This document shows positions 44,984 through 57,670 of a DNA stretch of 64,000 nt, piece by piece (the stretch's first letter is position 1; each line of letters opens with the position of its first letter). A model generated the notes under the pieces. That model saw only the letters and a program-made list of their open reading frames with translations, made no database searches and had not been told where the DNA came from. Position numbers and translations under genes: made by a program. The stretch is from Octopus vulgaris (lineage: Eukaryota). Where the stretch lies: the NCBI GenBank assembly GCA_951406725.2, contig OX597816.1, positions 104,470,001 to 104,534,000 on the forward strand, read 5' to 3'.

Positions 44984-45039
44984 CTATGCATGTATCTACG
45001 CACACATAGACATATATATATATGCTCTCACACAACGGA

Positions 45040-45900
45040 ACTAGATATCTACGGATTAGTGCTCAGATCAGATCGGATTCCTAAAATCCAGTGCCAAATA
45101 TTTGAGGACGTAATCTAAGTAAAGGAAAGTTGGCTACAAGAAACGCAAGGTTCGAGCTACTGAAATCGAAGAGGATACAAATGATGTACTGACAGTCATA
45201 TACGGCATGAAAGTATTTATAAATAATTTACACAATTAAACATGAAAATATAATCAATCGGCAATCAGGAAGATAGTCCATAGTAGTTCATCAAAAATAA
45301 GTAGACACCCAGATTTCATACGCGCAGAAAAACAAGTACTAAAATGAAAGTTACAAGGAATCATGGGAGGCACATGAAGCATATCAATAACAGTGCAAAT
45401 CACTTTCAGGAAGTTGTGGGTCTTGTTGCTAGATCCACAAAATCCTGTCTGAAGGCTGGCGACCTTTGGAAAGTCTGAAATTGGCTTACCATGTTTATAG
45501 CGGAGACAAATGAGAGACAGCTTGAAGTTTTACGCCTAGGCAGTAATAAAATAATATAATCATTGCATGACTAACACCTTTGGTTGATCCATGTATTGTG
45601 TGGTATCTGTCTGTATAGGGAAAGTACATTTAGGTTTTTTTTTTTTTTTCGTGGTGGTGGAACGTAGTCAGATGGAGGAAGTAGTTTTCATGGCTTTTCC
45701 CGGAGACTCCGAGACATGTTGTGGGAAGAGAGAAAGATATCTGAAAACTACATATTTGGCCCAAATAATTGCAATGAAGTTCAAGTGGCACGTGGTAGTG
45801 CTAAACTGGGTGATGGTTTATATCTACCACTAAAAATATGATGTTGGCTAAAAGGAGTCGAAAATTACTTAATGACACGAATTGTGGATTGGCATCATTT
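45040..45900 (+). mobile_element. Very decayed RTE-type RT region
   Basis: Scattered remnants resembling CSDQI, GL.INK, YLG...GGT and KW.GH in collinear order. Confidence 0.3.
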
Positions 45901-46025
45901 AACGGCGGGATTATCGATGGAGGAAACTGTAGTGGTGGTGGAGAAACTGTGGTGATCCTTTTTTTCTTTCTGTTTTTCCAAAATTTTCTAAAGTGTTTAA
46001 TGTGCTGGTAATATTACTTAAATAA

Positions 46026-46232
46026 GGCGGCGAGCTGGCAGAAACGTTAGCACGCCGGGCGAAATGCTTTACGGTATTTCGTTCTGAGTTCAAATTCCGC
46101 CGATGTCGACTTTACCTTTCAACTTTTCAGGGTCCATTAAAATAAGTACCAGTTACGCACTGAGATCGATGCAATCGACTTAATCTCTTTGTTTGTCCTT
46201 TCTATGTTTAGCCCCCTGTGAGCAATAAAGAG
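46026..46232 (+). mobile_element. SINE family C
   Basis: GGCGGCGAGCTGGCAGAAACGTTAGCACGCCGGGCGAAATGC...GAGTTCAAATTCCGCC...AAGTACCAGTTACGCA. Confidence 0.85.
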
Positions 46233-46401
46233 ACAAATACTCCTTCTTGTCTTGTTCATGGTAGTGTTTTTGTTAATGAGAGAATGTTGACTGACTGGTA
46301 GAAATAATTGCATAGTGGTTGGACTTTTAGTGATCACAGAATTAGTTAATCTCTAAGTTAATTTGGAGGATTGCCATTAATTACATTAATATATATCCAC
46401 A

Positions 46402-46601
46402 GTGAAGGCGCATGGCTCAGTGGTTAGAGCGTCGAGCTTACCATCATGAAGTTGTGAGTTCGAATCTCGGACCGGACTGCACGTTGTGTTCTTGAGCAAG
46501 ACATTTTATTTCATGTTGCTCCAGTTCAATCAGCTGTAAAAATGAGTTGTAATGTCACAGGTGTCACGCTGTATCAGCTTTTGCCTTTCCCTTGAATAAC
46601 A

Positions 46602-46602
<1 letters not shown>
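46402..46602 (+). mobile_element. SINE family B, 3'-truncated
   Basis: Matches 23601-23800. Confidence 0.85.
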
Positions 46603-46656
<54 letters not shown>

Positions 46657-47689
46657 GTATGCTAACACACACACGTAGGCATATACATGCCATCACAGGC
46701 ACGTACACATGCGTATAGAAACGTACAGGCGCGTTGTTATCATATGCGTATGGGTTGTTTAAGTAAGCATGGTCAGTTAGATATCATCTATCTCAAACAA
46801 GCTATAATTAAACCCAGAGTTTGGTGGATTCGCGTCAAAGCTCCAGTAACGTTTTAAAAGAAGTCACTAAAAAGAGGGGAAATCACAGCTAAAGCTGTCT
46901 GAGCGGAGGTCTCCTCGATCAGGACTGACCTAAAACCTACCAAGACAGTTTTCAAAATATAACCCATGAGCACGCATTGTGACTGTTTTATATGTTGCAG
47001 CTGTGTGCGTACATAATTATTGATGTATATGAGTCAGTATGTTGTATATGCGTATGCACATGCATATTCATTGTATATTACTGGTGTCGGTGATGAGTAT
47101 TTCAGTTATATGATCTACTGAACTACGTTATATTGTGATGTAAGCAGTTGAATATTTCACAATAACGTTAACCTCATCCAGAATTAATTACAAGTAGAAT
47201 ATATTCCACGGATATCCACAAGTTTTACGTATACAATGCCTATTTTCTCTGTTAATCCTTTTGTTTTTCACTGTCACCCGTATTTTCATCGAAAATATGG
47301 TAGATGAGAATCACCCAACGTGCGTTGCGTGGGTCTATGCCGTCACTGAATGATTATGCATATATTGCAAAGTAGAAAGAATTACTCACCGCCACATAAC
47401 CATTACACATACGCTCGCGCGCGCATTCTCTCTTGTGCAAACACACACACATTCAACTATGGTAGAAACCACTAGCTCATACAAGCTTTCAAGTGACGAC
47501 TAAAGAAGCAAATACGTAGACACCCACACACATGCACGCACGCACACGCACTCTCACACACACACACAAATAGTCAAATACACACCGTTTTTCATACTCG
47601 GACTTAAATTCTGAATCTAATAGAATGAAGGATGTTTTACTGAGAAAAATGTTGGACTCTGGTCCAAAACTGAACTAGATTGATATGTT

Positions 47690-47900
47690 ATTTAATTTTT
47701 CCACGCTGTCTGGTGAAATAAGATAATGTAGAATTAAGGGCATTTTCTAAAAGTAAGGAGAAACGTCATCTCTGCATGGCAATACATGATGTGGGAATAT
47801 ATTCCAGAAGGTGCTGCAAAAACTCTTACATTCACCATTTTTGGTAAGCGTTTCAACGACAAATTCACGGTGAATACCGGTTAAATCTATGATGCCGATT
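47690..47900 (-). mobile_element. Possible Tc1/IS630-like transposase N-terminal HTH remnant
   Basis: HREFVVETLTKNGECKSFCSTFWNIFPHHVLPCR resembles the N-terminal HTH of such transposases; weak. Confidence 0.25.
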
Positions 47901-48229
47901 GAAAGAAAAATAAAGCATAAAGGTAACTGAAAATTAAAACAGTGACATAAAGACACTGTAACCATTTACATACTTCCCTAGAAAAAGGGTGCGACCTAAA
48001 AACCAATGGGGCAATTTTCTGCCTCCCCCTGTAATACACCTTAATGACTTGGATAAATTCCATCGAACAAGCAAATGTATTTACAGGATTCTATATGAAA
48101 GCGACTTTTTTTTAGCTCGTTTTATGTTATATTCCCGACAGACGTTAGCGCACATATTTCATGTTGCATGGTTATATAAATATAAATGTGTATGTATGTG
48201 CGTGTGCGTGCGTGTGTGTGTGTGTGTGT

Positions 48230-48274
<45 letters not shown>

Positions 48275-48374
48275 TGTGTGTTCGAGAGTGTATTCTCAAA
48301 CAAGAACACTATCGACAGTGACATCGAAGTTTAATTGGCCGAACATTCGAAGGTCACTGTCGATAGCGTTCTTG

Positions 48375-48424
<50 letters not shown>

Positions 48425-48889
48425 CGGTGCTACAGTATGGCTGCAGTTAAATTACTGAAACAAGTCACAGAATATAAGGATATATAAATGTGTGTGTGTA
48501 TGTGTGTGTGTATGTATGTATATATGTGTGTATGTATGTATATGTATGTATATGTATGTGTATGTATATGTATGTGTATGTATGTATGTATGTATATACA
48601 TATGTATGTATGTATGTAAGGTGACGCAGCAGCATCGTTACTTCGCCGGCCAAAATTCGTCAGCATTTTGTACGCCTTTACATTCCGAGTTCAAATTCCG
48701 CCTATGACAACTTTACTATTCGTCTTTTAAGGATCAATGAAATAATATTAGTTGAACACTGAGGTGGGTGTAAATAGCACGGATCTGTAAGAAATTCATT
48801 CAGTGTTTCATGGCATGGATAAAAATTGTCACTGTAGACTATACACAAAATGGCTGCAGCCCACTGACTGAAAGCATGTTATTGAATCA

Positions 48890-49026
48890 TTTTTTTACCG
48901 GTTTCACATTATTAAACTAGCGTAAAAATAGCAATTTTTCCCCAGGGCTACTTCGGTCTCGGAAGGTTTTTCCCACATCCGAGTGCTAGATGATGTTGCC
49001 CATGTTGGTATATATTTATATATGCA

Positions 49027-49061
<35 letters not shown>

Positions 49062-50700
49062 CGCATACACACATATACACACAATTAAAACAAGAGCTAC
49101 CTATAATTTGGTGCTAGATGTTACCTTTAATTGGTGGATTTATATAACATGTGGTATATCTCCAAGCAACCTTACAGGCATAACTATTTGATGCATTTGT
49201 ATATGGCATAGATTTCTTAATTTCATTGTATGTTATGTGCATTTACTCTTCGGATCCCATACATGACTAGCCAACCTTGTTGCCTTATTTTTGTCACTGT
49301 GTCGGAAACAAAACTGTTGTTTGCATAACGGCTTTAAAAGTACCTTCGCATAAACTAATGTAATTTTTTTCTCAATTATATTGTTTTGGAACATTGCTGT
49401 AACTTTGGTTTCATAAACAATTGCGTTTATTAAACACGCCTGATCAAGAAGGCAAAATCCAGCGTCTCACCAGTTACAATTGGGATTTGGCTCTTCATGT
49501 GACTTATGAGTGATAATGTCCTTCGTATTAGGGCAGGAGATGTACGAAATGTTTACCGAGCGTCTATTAAAAGACTTCCTGTATTTGTGGTTTGTTGGAA
49601 AATGCTTATTTAATAATACCGGGAATTTGTTGCCTAGGTTAGTTTTAATATTTAAGGAGAAAGTGGAGATAAACCATACTATTTTCCAAGGAATATTTTT
49701 ATGTATATTTTTAACAGAATGGTTATATAATATCAAATCTTTGAAGCCGCTTTTAGCTAGAACACTCTTATAGCGTGGGGCTGATTTATTAGAAATTTCC
49801 TTTGAAGAGGATAGATTAGATATCCTAGTACTGATGTTAGCTATTAAGTTTTTAAACACTATTTGGCAGTAATGAGTCTGACAGGACTGTTTATGTATAT
49901 ACGTGAGATTCTCATTAGGTTTATAAGGAGGTTTATAAGAACTTGAGTTTAAGTCTAGAGAAACATCTAAGTAATTTTGAGGCCTAACTGACTAGAAGTA
50001 TACATGAGTTTTTTCTTAAATTTATTGGGTGTATGTCCACCACAGTCGTAAGTTATGCTCAAACCATCGTTACGGTATAAACCAATGTCGTGGGTTTGGA
50101 ACTTAGATCTCAAAGTGTCTGTTCTATAGAGACCTACAAGATCACGGTCCAGGTCTATGTGATCAATATTAACATAATTTTTTGCGAACCGAAACGTCTT
50201 ATCTAACAACAATCTCGATATCGAGGAATAATAAACAACAAAGTCAAACTGCTCTATGCTTATCTTTTAAATTCCTAAACCAATGTATGACTGTGCTGGT
50301 ATTTGCTATTGTTATAGTTTAGTAGTCTGATATTAATATGTCTCTTATTTTTTTTAGCTATTACAGTTCTGGCTAGATTTAAAATCTGCAAGAGGGCTTA
50401 TAATTAGAATTGGGTTTGCGATCTTTTAAAGTAATAAAATCTTCTTGTGTAGCTCAGCATTCTAACCTATCAGTAATTTTACCTTTTTTTAGATAGGAAT
50501 TTAGCCTCACCGATAATATCATTGTATCTACCTATGTTAACTTGCCTGTATTTAGAGAAAGGGTGTCGTCGTGCAGTAATTTGTCATTAAAATCAGTATT
50601 GACTACATACAGATTATTAGTCTCGTCAGAAAATACAAATTTGTCTATAGAACTTTTAAAATTTCTAAAATCAGATTTTAGTTTGGCTTGAAAAGGGTTA
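48890..50700 (-). mobile_element. Decayed Penelope-like element (RT plus C-terminal GIY-YIG)
   Basis: In order: [11 protein letters not shown] (ADKT motif), IGLYRNDGL (YRDD), KIVWF...KHFPTNHKYRKSFNRRSVNISY, CNW*...CLLDQACL, IVY...YISLCEGTFK (GIY-YIG); hammerhead 3' half GAAACCGGTA downstream at ~48896-48905. Confidence 0.9.
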
Positions 50701-51076
50701 TACCACTTACACATCTTTATGTACATACATATATACATATACCTATGTATATATGTATACATATACACATTTGTACATTTATACATATATATGTATACAC
50801 ATGTATACATATAAGTTTGTATATATGTATATGTATACGCACATATACACACATGCATATATGAATGCGCTTATGTAGGTATTTACGTATGTATGTATCA
50901 TCATGTTCACGTTATCTTCAAAATCTTAGTCAATGTGCGTTAGTCAATCTTTGAATAAAAAGCCACCGTTGCATGATTTAAGCAACTGCTAACAAAATCA
51001 CAATAAGTATTAATATTTATATGTATATTGCGTCCTTTGTTCAGCCAACCTTTTCTTATTAGCTAATTGAATACTC

Positions 51077-51107
<31 letters not shown>

Positions 51108-51970
51108 TAAGCGCGTGTGTTTGAGTGTGCGTGCCCTTGCACACAAGCATTTTCTTGATTTTCTTGTTATGTCTGTAGCCTACAGCACATTATTTTCATT
51201 GTAACTATTATTATCATGTCTAATATTGCTTTTCTATTAATTTATTTCACTCTGTTTTTACAAAATGCGATTATGTCAAGTTATCTGCTTATAACTGCTA
51301 GATTAGAAATTAAGAAATTTTACCCGAAAGATTACATTTAAGCTTCAAATTGAAGCTAGTTTAAATATATTTACTTGTCTCTGATTGTTTTCACCTCTTT
51401 AGTGTGAGTTTTGCATTTTTCTATCGCCACAGCTGATATAGACGTCCGAAGACATAGAACGCTGTGAATCCACCGAAGAGTTCGAACAGTGGTGACTTGT
51501 AACTCGCAGTTTGTTTTATCTATCATCGTAGACTCAGCTATGATCACGATACTTAAATGTGAAACAAACCAATGTAGATGAAGATAGGTCAGGAAATTAC
51601 TAAGCAGTTCAACACTGCAATGTTACATTCCTGCATGCAAATCCTCGTATCTTGAGAAGTTTGCTAAGCTGCCTACGCGAGAAATATTACAAGACGGATG
51701 AAATAGGCTCAACGATGCTCCATATCGTGCTCACCATGATGGCATACATGACAATTTGGTTTCTATCCCATCATATATGTATTCATACTATGATATGATA
51801 CAATCTTGGCAGATCATTTCATGTTACTCATGTTATGTCTAAAAAGCACTCATGATATAATATATAATATATATATGTGTCTGTGCGTATGTTTGTGTGT
51901 ATTATATATATACATCTATGTTTATTATATATATATGTATATGTATATATATATATTTGTATGTTTGTTT

Positions 51971-52032
<62 letters not shown>

Positions 52033-52172
52033 TAAACTGATGATAAATAAACACATATATACATATATATATATATATATAAATATATATATACATATAT
52101 ACACATATATATACATATATACATATATATATATATAAATATATATATACATATATACACATATATATACAC

Positions 52173-52231
<59 letters not shown>

Positions 52232-53679
52232 TATATATACATATGTATGTATTTGTGTATATGTATGTGTGTATGTGTATGTGTGTGTGTTTGTATTATA
52301 TGTATGCATGCGCACACATAAGATTTAATCATACTCTCACTACGTTCAACTGTTACTCTCCCTTCCCCGTCTTGTGCTAAATTTGTCTCTTATAGCAATC
52401 AGATTGTTTGCCACGTAATTTGTTTATTAAATATAAAGAGTTTCGCAAAAGAAAGCAGCAATTTTCATTGATTTTATAGAGCACAAATAGCTTAATGAAA
52501 ATGTCTTAACCCAAAAATCAAACCTGGGTCATGATCCTGGTTCACAGCGTTCTCGCTAGCTACACTAATATGTTCAATATTACTATTGATATATATATAT
52601 ATATATTAGGAGCTACTTTCACGCCGACTTTACAGTACAGATTATGAATATTACAATATTTTCTTCTTTTCAAAATAAAAGGTACTATTCTCCATTTGTT
52701 TTATAAAAGACTTCGCGGTCCCCTGGTCGTGCTGTCTTAAACTATAACAGGGAAAACTGGAAATAAAACAAGTTAATGATTTTTTAAAAATAATTATTAC
52801 AATATTTAGTTTCTTCCCTCTAATTTTTGAGTTCAAATAACAGAGTCAGATGAACAATTTATCCCTACTAAGCTATGTGGCAGGTATGTCTTAGGAGTTG
52901 ATTTATGGACTAGATATTTCCCTACATCTTGGTTATTTGCTAGTGTGATAAGTTGATATTTATTGCTTTAGGCACAGTTGCTGTAGGTATAAATTTAACA
53001 GATGTAGCGAGCCAAATTCATCTCTGGTACTTAGGGTCATCCGGCAGTTGAAAGGCCAAGTTGATCAGGGCAAGTTTTACGCACAGAATAATGGAAGATA
53101 TATTGGCAAAGAAGCCAGTCTGGTGCAACACCGATCATGGAAATATTTACGTAAGTCCCATAGACGAAATAATTACAAACTGTTGTTGCTTAGATAAAAA
53201 TGAAACTTGATTGTTGTTTTAGGGGTACGTAAGACTATAATATCAAATGTGTCACTTTCTTATTTAAGACGGTTGGGTAAATTTCGAAAAAGGCTTCTGA
53301 ACTTATTTCTAATATGTTGAACGTGACCGCTTAACTTGCTTCCATGATTGGCTTGTATAAATTGGTGTAATATTCTGCGAAAGATTGAATATATTTCAAT
53401 CTTCGTACTTTTCACGAACCTGTGTGCTGAAGTGGTGAATTTAACTGATATAATAGACACTACACTGGTTTCACCTCACAGTTCTCGAGTCAAATAAAAA
53501 ATAATTCTTTTGATTCACATTTCGTTGAGATTCTTTTACATCACTTAAAAACATATGTGCAAACGGTCGATATGTCCGAGATAACATTTTGTTAATCAGA
53601 TTACAATTTTTTAGATGATCAACCTCATTTTAGACATAAACTATTTCCTCAATATTGGTTTAGTTTTAGGCAGAAGATC

Positions 53680-53870
53680 AACACTTTTGAGGGAAAGGAG
53701 ATTAGCGATAACATCAACCTTAGTACTTGATTGGTACTTTATATATTTTAGCGACCCTAAACGGGAGAAAAAGAAATGTGACTTCCGCGGAGTTTGAATT
53801 TAGAAAGTAAAGGATCGTAAATAACAAGGCAACGTATTTTACAATGCTCTAACGATTCTACCAGTTCAAC
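53680..53870 (-). mobile_element. SINE family C (highly diverged)
   Basis: TGGTACTT...CGACCC...GCGGAGTTTGAA...CTAACGATTCTACCAG. Confidence 0.55.
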
Positions 53871-54150
53871 AACGTTATTTTCTAACTATTTACAACAGTA
53901 ACGAAGTTCACTTTGCAGCAAATACGTGGTTACTAGTTCGATCTGAAAGGAGAACACCTTGAACCACTGATTTCTATTGTAACATTGGGGCCACTAAGAA
54001 GTTGAGGGTTTTATTTGCTATAGTAGAACTATGAGGAAGCGCATTCGCATACACGCACACACACACACATATATATATATATATGTATGTATGTATATGT
54101 GTATCTTATATATGTATATATATGTGTGTGTGTATGTATGCATATATACG

Positions 54151-54181
<31 letters not shown>

Positions 54182-54262
54182 TAAATTAATGAGGGTAGAA
54201 ATTGATATTAATCAATTAAAACCAGTGGTTTTGCATATTTAAAAATTATATTACATACAAAA

Positions 54263-54801
54263 AAAATTAAGAGGAATGATCACTAAATGGGACTCCTAAT
54301 ATGCAAAATATAGACGTCAAATTGCCATTACCATGAAGAGTGTGTTCTCAAGAAAAATTTCAGCAAAACGCCAAAATGTAAAAACGAGGAAGACAAATGA
54401 AAATATACGAAATAAAAAACGATTACCTACGTACCATGGTTTCACTTGTTAATGTTTCCGGCCTCAGCCCGCCAAAGTTAAGACATTTGAAAAATAACCT
54501 CAAATATGATTTGTAGAACTTTATTCATGCTCTCTTTCGGGTGAGCGTTCTATGTCTAATTCTAGAAATTATAAAGGGAAAACTACTCTGATGATCTTGC
54601 AGATATTTACATGCGTAAATATTAACAAGTGAAATCATGGTACGTAGGTAGTCATTTTTTTATTTCGTATATTTTCATTTTTACATTTTGCTGTTTTGCT
54701 GAAATTTGTTTTTTGAGAGCACACTCTTCGTGGTAATGGCGATTTGACGTCTATATTTAGCATATTAGGAGTCCACTTTAGTGGTAATTCCTCTTAATTT
54801 T
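54263..54801. mobile_element. Fold-back PLE pseudo-LTR-like element (~190-bp arms, ~155-bp spacer)
   Basis: 54263-54459 is the imperfect reverse complement of 54614-54801; flanked by TA/TG microsatellites. Confidence 0.85.
54583..54647 (+). ncRNA. Type I hammerhead ribozyme
   Basis: CTAC-T-CTGATGA (54588-54594), stem II CTTG...ATATTTAC/GTAAATAT...CAAG, GAAA (54631-54634), TCATG, GTA (54640-54642), C-GTAG. The opposite arm keeps the perfect palindrome ACCATGGT. Confidence 0.75.
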
Positions 54802-54817
54802 ATATTTATATATGTAC

Positions 54818-54848
<31 letters not shown>

Positions 54849-55918
54849 ACACACACACACACACAAACATTCACATACCCCAATTTTACATACACATATA
54901 TTCACACAGAGTTGAAACGCTAACTCCTTTCTTCCTTTCTTCCTTCCTTCCTTCCTTCCTTCTTTATTCATCAATCACCCCTTCCTTTCTCATTATAAAT
55001 ACAAGAGTATTATTATAGTAAATTATCTCTGTAACCATGGGAGCTATTAAAATACAGAAAGCCCAGCAGCACCACCGTATCATTCTACACAACTGTAATT
55101 TTTCGCGCAGTTCCACCCAGCCGTTTGACTGCGAATCTCAAGAAAGACGGAGGCTCATACATATTTATATAGTTGATGAATATATATTATATAAGGGATA
55201 ATTTTCAAAATCTTAAGTATTTATTATACATGCATGTCGTTATGAATTTTAACGTACAAAATATGTATAGCAATGTGCCACGTGTGTTAATCTATACAAA
55301 GTTGTGTATAAATGTGTGTTTGTGCGTTTGTGTGTAGGCGTGTATGTGTTCGTCTGCATTTGGGTAACTAAATATGTACATATTTATTTACACAAGTAAA
55401 ACACACACACACACATATATATATATATATTTATACATATACACATATATATACATATACATTCGCACACCCACACACGTGCATCCATATGTATATACAT
55501 ATATACATATGTATGTATAAATACATACATATGCATACACATACTCACACATGTTTATAAGCACAAACATATTTATCTATGTTTTTCTGCATTCACGTGT
55601 GCATATGGGTATGTGTACATATATGTGTGCATACATATGTGCTCATATGTAAGTGGGTATGTATGTATGCATGTATGTATGGTTCGTCAGTATATAATAG
55701 TGTCGACACCACCTCATATGGTATTGATTTTCATTTGCATTTCTTAATTAAATTCGCACTTTCATAGTCACACTCTTGCACAGAGTTTAGTTTTTTTATC
55801 ATAGAAATACATACACACACACTGATTCACCACTTCCACGGGTATATATATATATATATATACTGTCAGGCATTGCACTGACACAATATATGCATACATA
55901 CGTATGTGTTGTTGTGTG

Positions 55919-55996
<78 letters not shown>

Positions 55997-56215
55997 TCAA
56001 TATAGGGTAAAAAAAATTTTGTAGAATTCTTTTTGCCACCAGCGGCCTAGTGGGAAAAAATTAAATAGTCATAAACCATTTTTAAGTTCAACATCACAAT
56101 CAAGGAACGGCCATAATAGGCCATTCACCGACTAGAAATAACAGCCAAAAGCTTTAACCGCAAAATAACATCAATTCCGTAAACCAGGAGAAAATTAAAA
56201 AACATTTACCTTGTA

Positions 56216-56320
56216 ATTTCTTAGACGATGCACCGTTTCATCTAACGTTTAATGGTAAACTAACCTGATTAAATTAAATCAAGCCAATCTACCATGCCCT
56301 TAGATTCATCAGTAAGAAAT
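56216..56320 (-). ncRNA. Type I hammerhead ribozyme, intact core
   Basis: Minus: ATTTCTTA-CTGATGA-ATCTA...TAGAT-GAAA-CGGTGCATC-GTC-TAAGAAAT. Confidence 0.88.
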
Positions 56321-56410
56321 AGCAAGTCGGAACAGATATTTTTCACGAGGCATTCCTCTTGCCTGGTAGCAAGAGGAATGCCTCGTGAAAAATATCTGTT
56401 CCGACTTGCT

Positions 56411-56511
56411 ATTTCTTACTGATGAATCTAAGTCTAGTAGATTGGCTTGATTAATTTAATCAGGTTAGTTTACCATTAAACGGTAGAGAAACGGTGCATC
56501 GTCTAAGAAAT
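56411..56511 (+). ncRNA. Type I hammerhead ribozyme, intact core
   Basis: 8-bp stem I ATTTCTTA/TAAGAAAT, CTGATGA at 56419-56425, GAAA at 56488-56491, quasi-palindromic stem III ACGGTGCATCGT, GTC triplet at 56501-56503. Confidence 0.88.
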
Positions 56512-56618
56512 TACAAATATAAATGTTTTTTAATTTTCTCCTGGTTTACGGTGATGTTATTTTGCAGTGCTTTTGTGTTATTTCTAGTGATGAATGGCCT
56601 ATTATAACCGTCTATTTG

Positions 56619-56619
<1 letters not shown>

Positions 56620-56695
<76 letters not shown>

Positions 56696-56830
56696 ACATG
56701 TATTTACATAAATACACATACAGGTACGCATACATACCTACATACATGCATACATATAAACATACGTACGTACATACATACATACATTCATTCATACATT
56801 CATACATACATTCATACATACATACATACA

Positions 56831-56861
<31 letters not shown>

Positions 56862-57172
56862 TGCATATGTAGCTGCAGAGATTAAAAAGCCAATTCTGCA
56901 TGTGTATCTGTGATTCACATGCCATGCAATTGAAAAACCTGAGAGGCGTTAGGTTATGTTTCAACGTCCCGTTTTCTCTGCTCTGCATTGACTTCTTTTT
57001 AAATGAATATAAGTTAACAAGATTACTTATTACCAATGAATAATCATATCAGTCAGTCAGAATAATATTTCTCTAATTTGCTATCATCTATAATATCTTC
57101 CTTTATGCAATGTCAGTGATCTGGCTGAAGGAAGTATTCGTATATAATGTTTAGAAACATTTTATCAATTCG

Positions 57173-57251
<79 letters not shown>

Positions 57252-57339
57252 TGTGTATGTGTGTGTATGTGCGTGTGTGTGTGTGTATGTATGTATGCAT
57301 GCATGTACGTATATATACATAAATCCATACATATATACG

Positions 57340-57379
<40 letters not shown>

Positions 57380-57388
57380 TACATATAT

Positions 57389-57439
<51 letters not shown>

Positions 57440-57670
57440 TATATATATACGTATATATATATATGCATATATGCATATATATATATATAAATACATATAT
57501 ATATATGAATATATTTGTATAAATATGCACACACACATATATATATATACATCTATATACATATATATATACATATATATGTATATACATATCTATCTGT
57601 CTATCTCTCTCTATCTCTAAGTGTGTATATATACATATATATGTGTGTGTGTGTGCGTGTGTGTATACGC
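56620..57670. repeat. Microsatellite field (TA, CATA, TG)
   Basis: Visible. Confidence 0.9.

Larger units (their letters stand above)
56108..56610. mobile_element. Fold-back element (~250-bp arms, 6-nt loop) with two intact hammerheads
   Basis: Inner 64 bp (56299-56362 / 56369-56432) is perfectly complementary around CTGGTA; outer arms are imperfect; embedded in (TA)n. Confidence 0.92.

Noticed and set aside
47750-47848. Next exon of the membrane-protein gene (ends at G|GTAAGC)
   Set aside because: No convincing acceptor or recognisable domain; the opposite strand looks more like a transposase relic.
49467-49469. In-frame TGA in the PLE as selenocysteine
   Set aside because: The element has many other lesions, and the codon aligns with Arg (CGA to TGA) rather than Cys.
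51445-51580. Hammerhead (CCGAAGA...GAAAC)
   Set aside because: The core is non-canonical and stems I and III are too weak to distinguish from chance.
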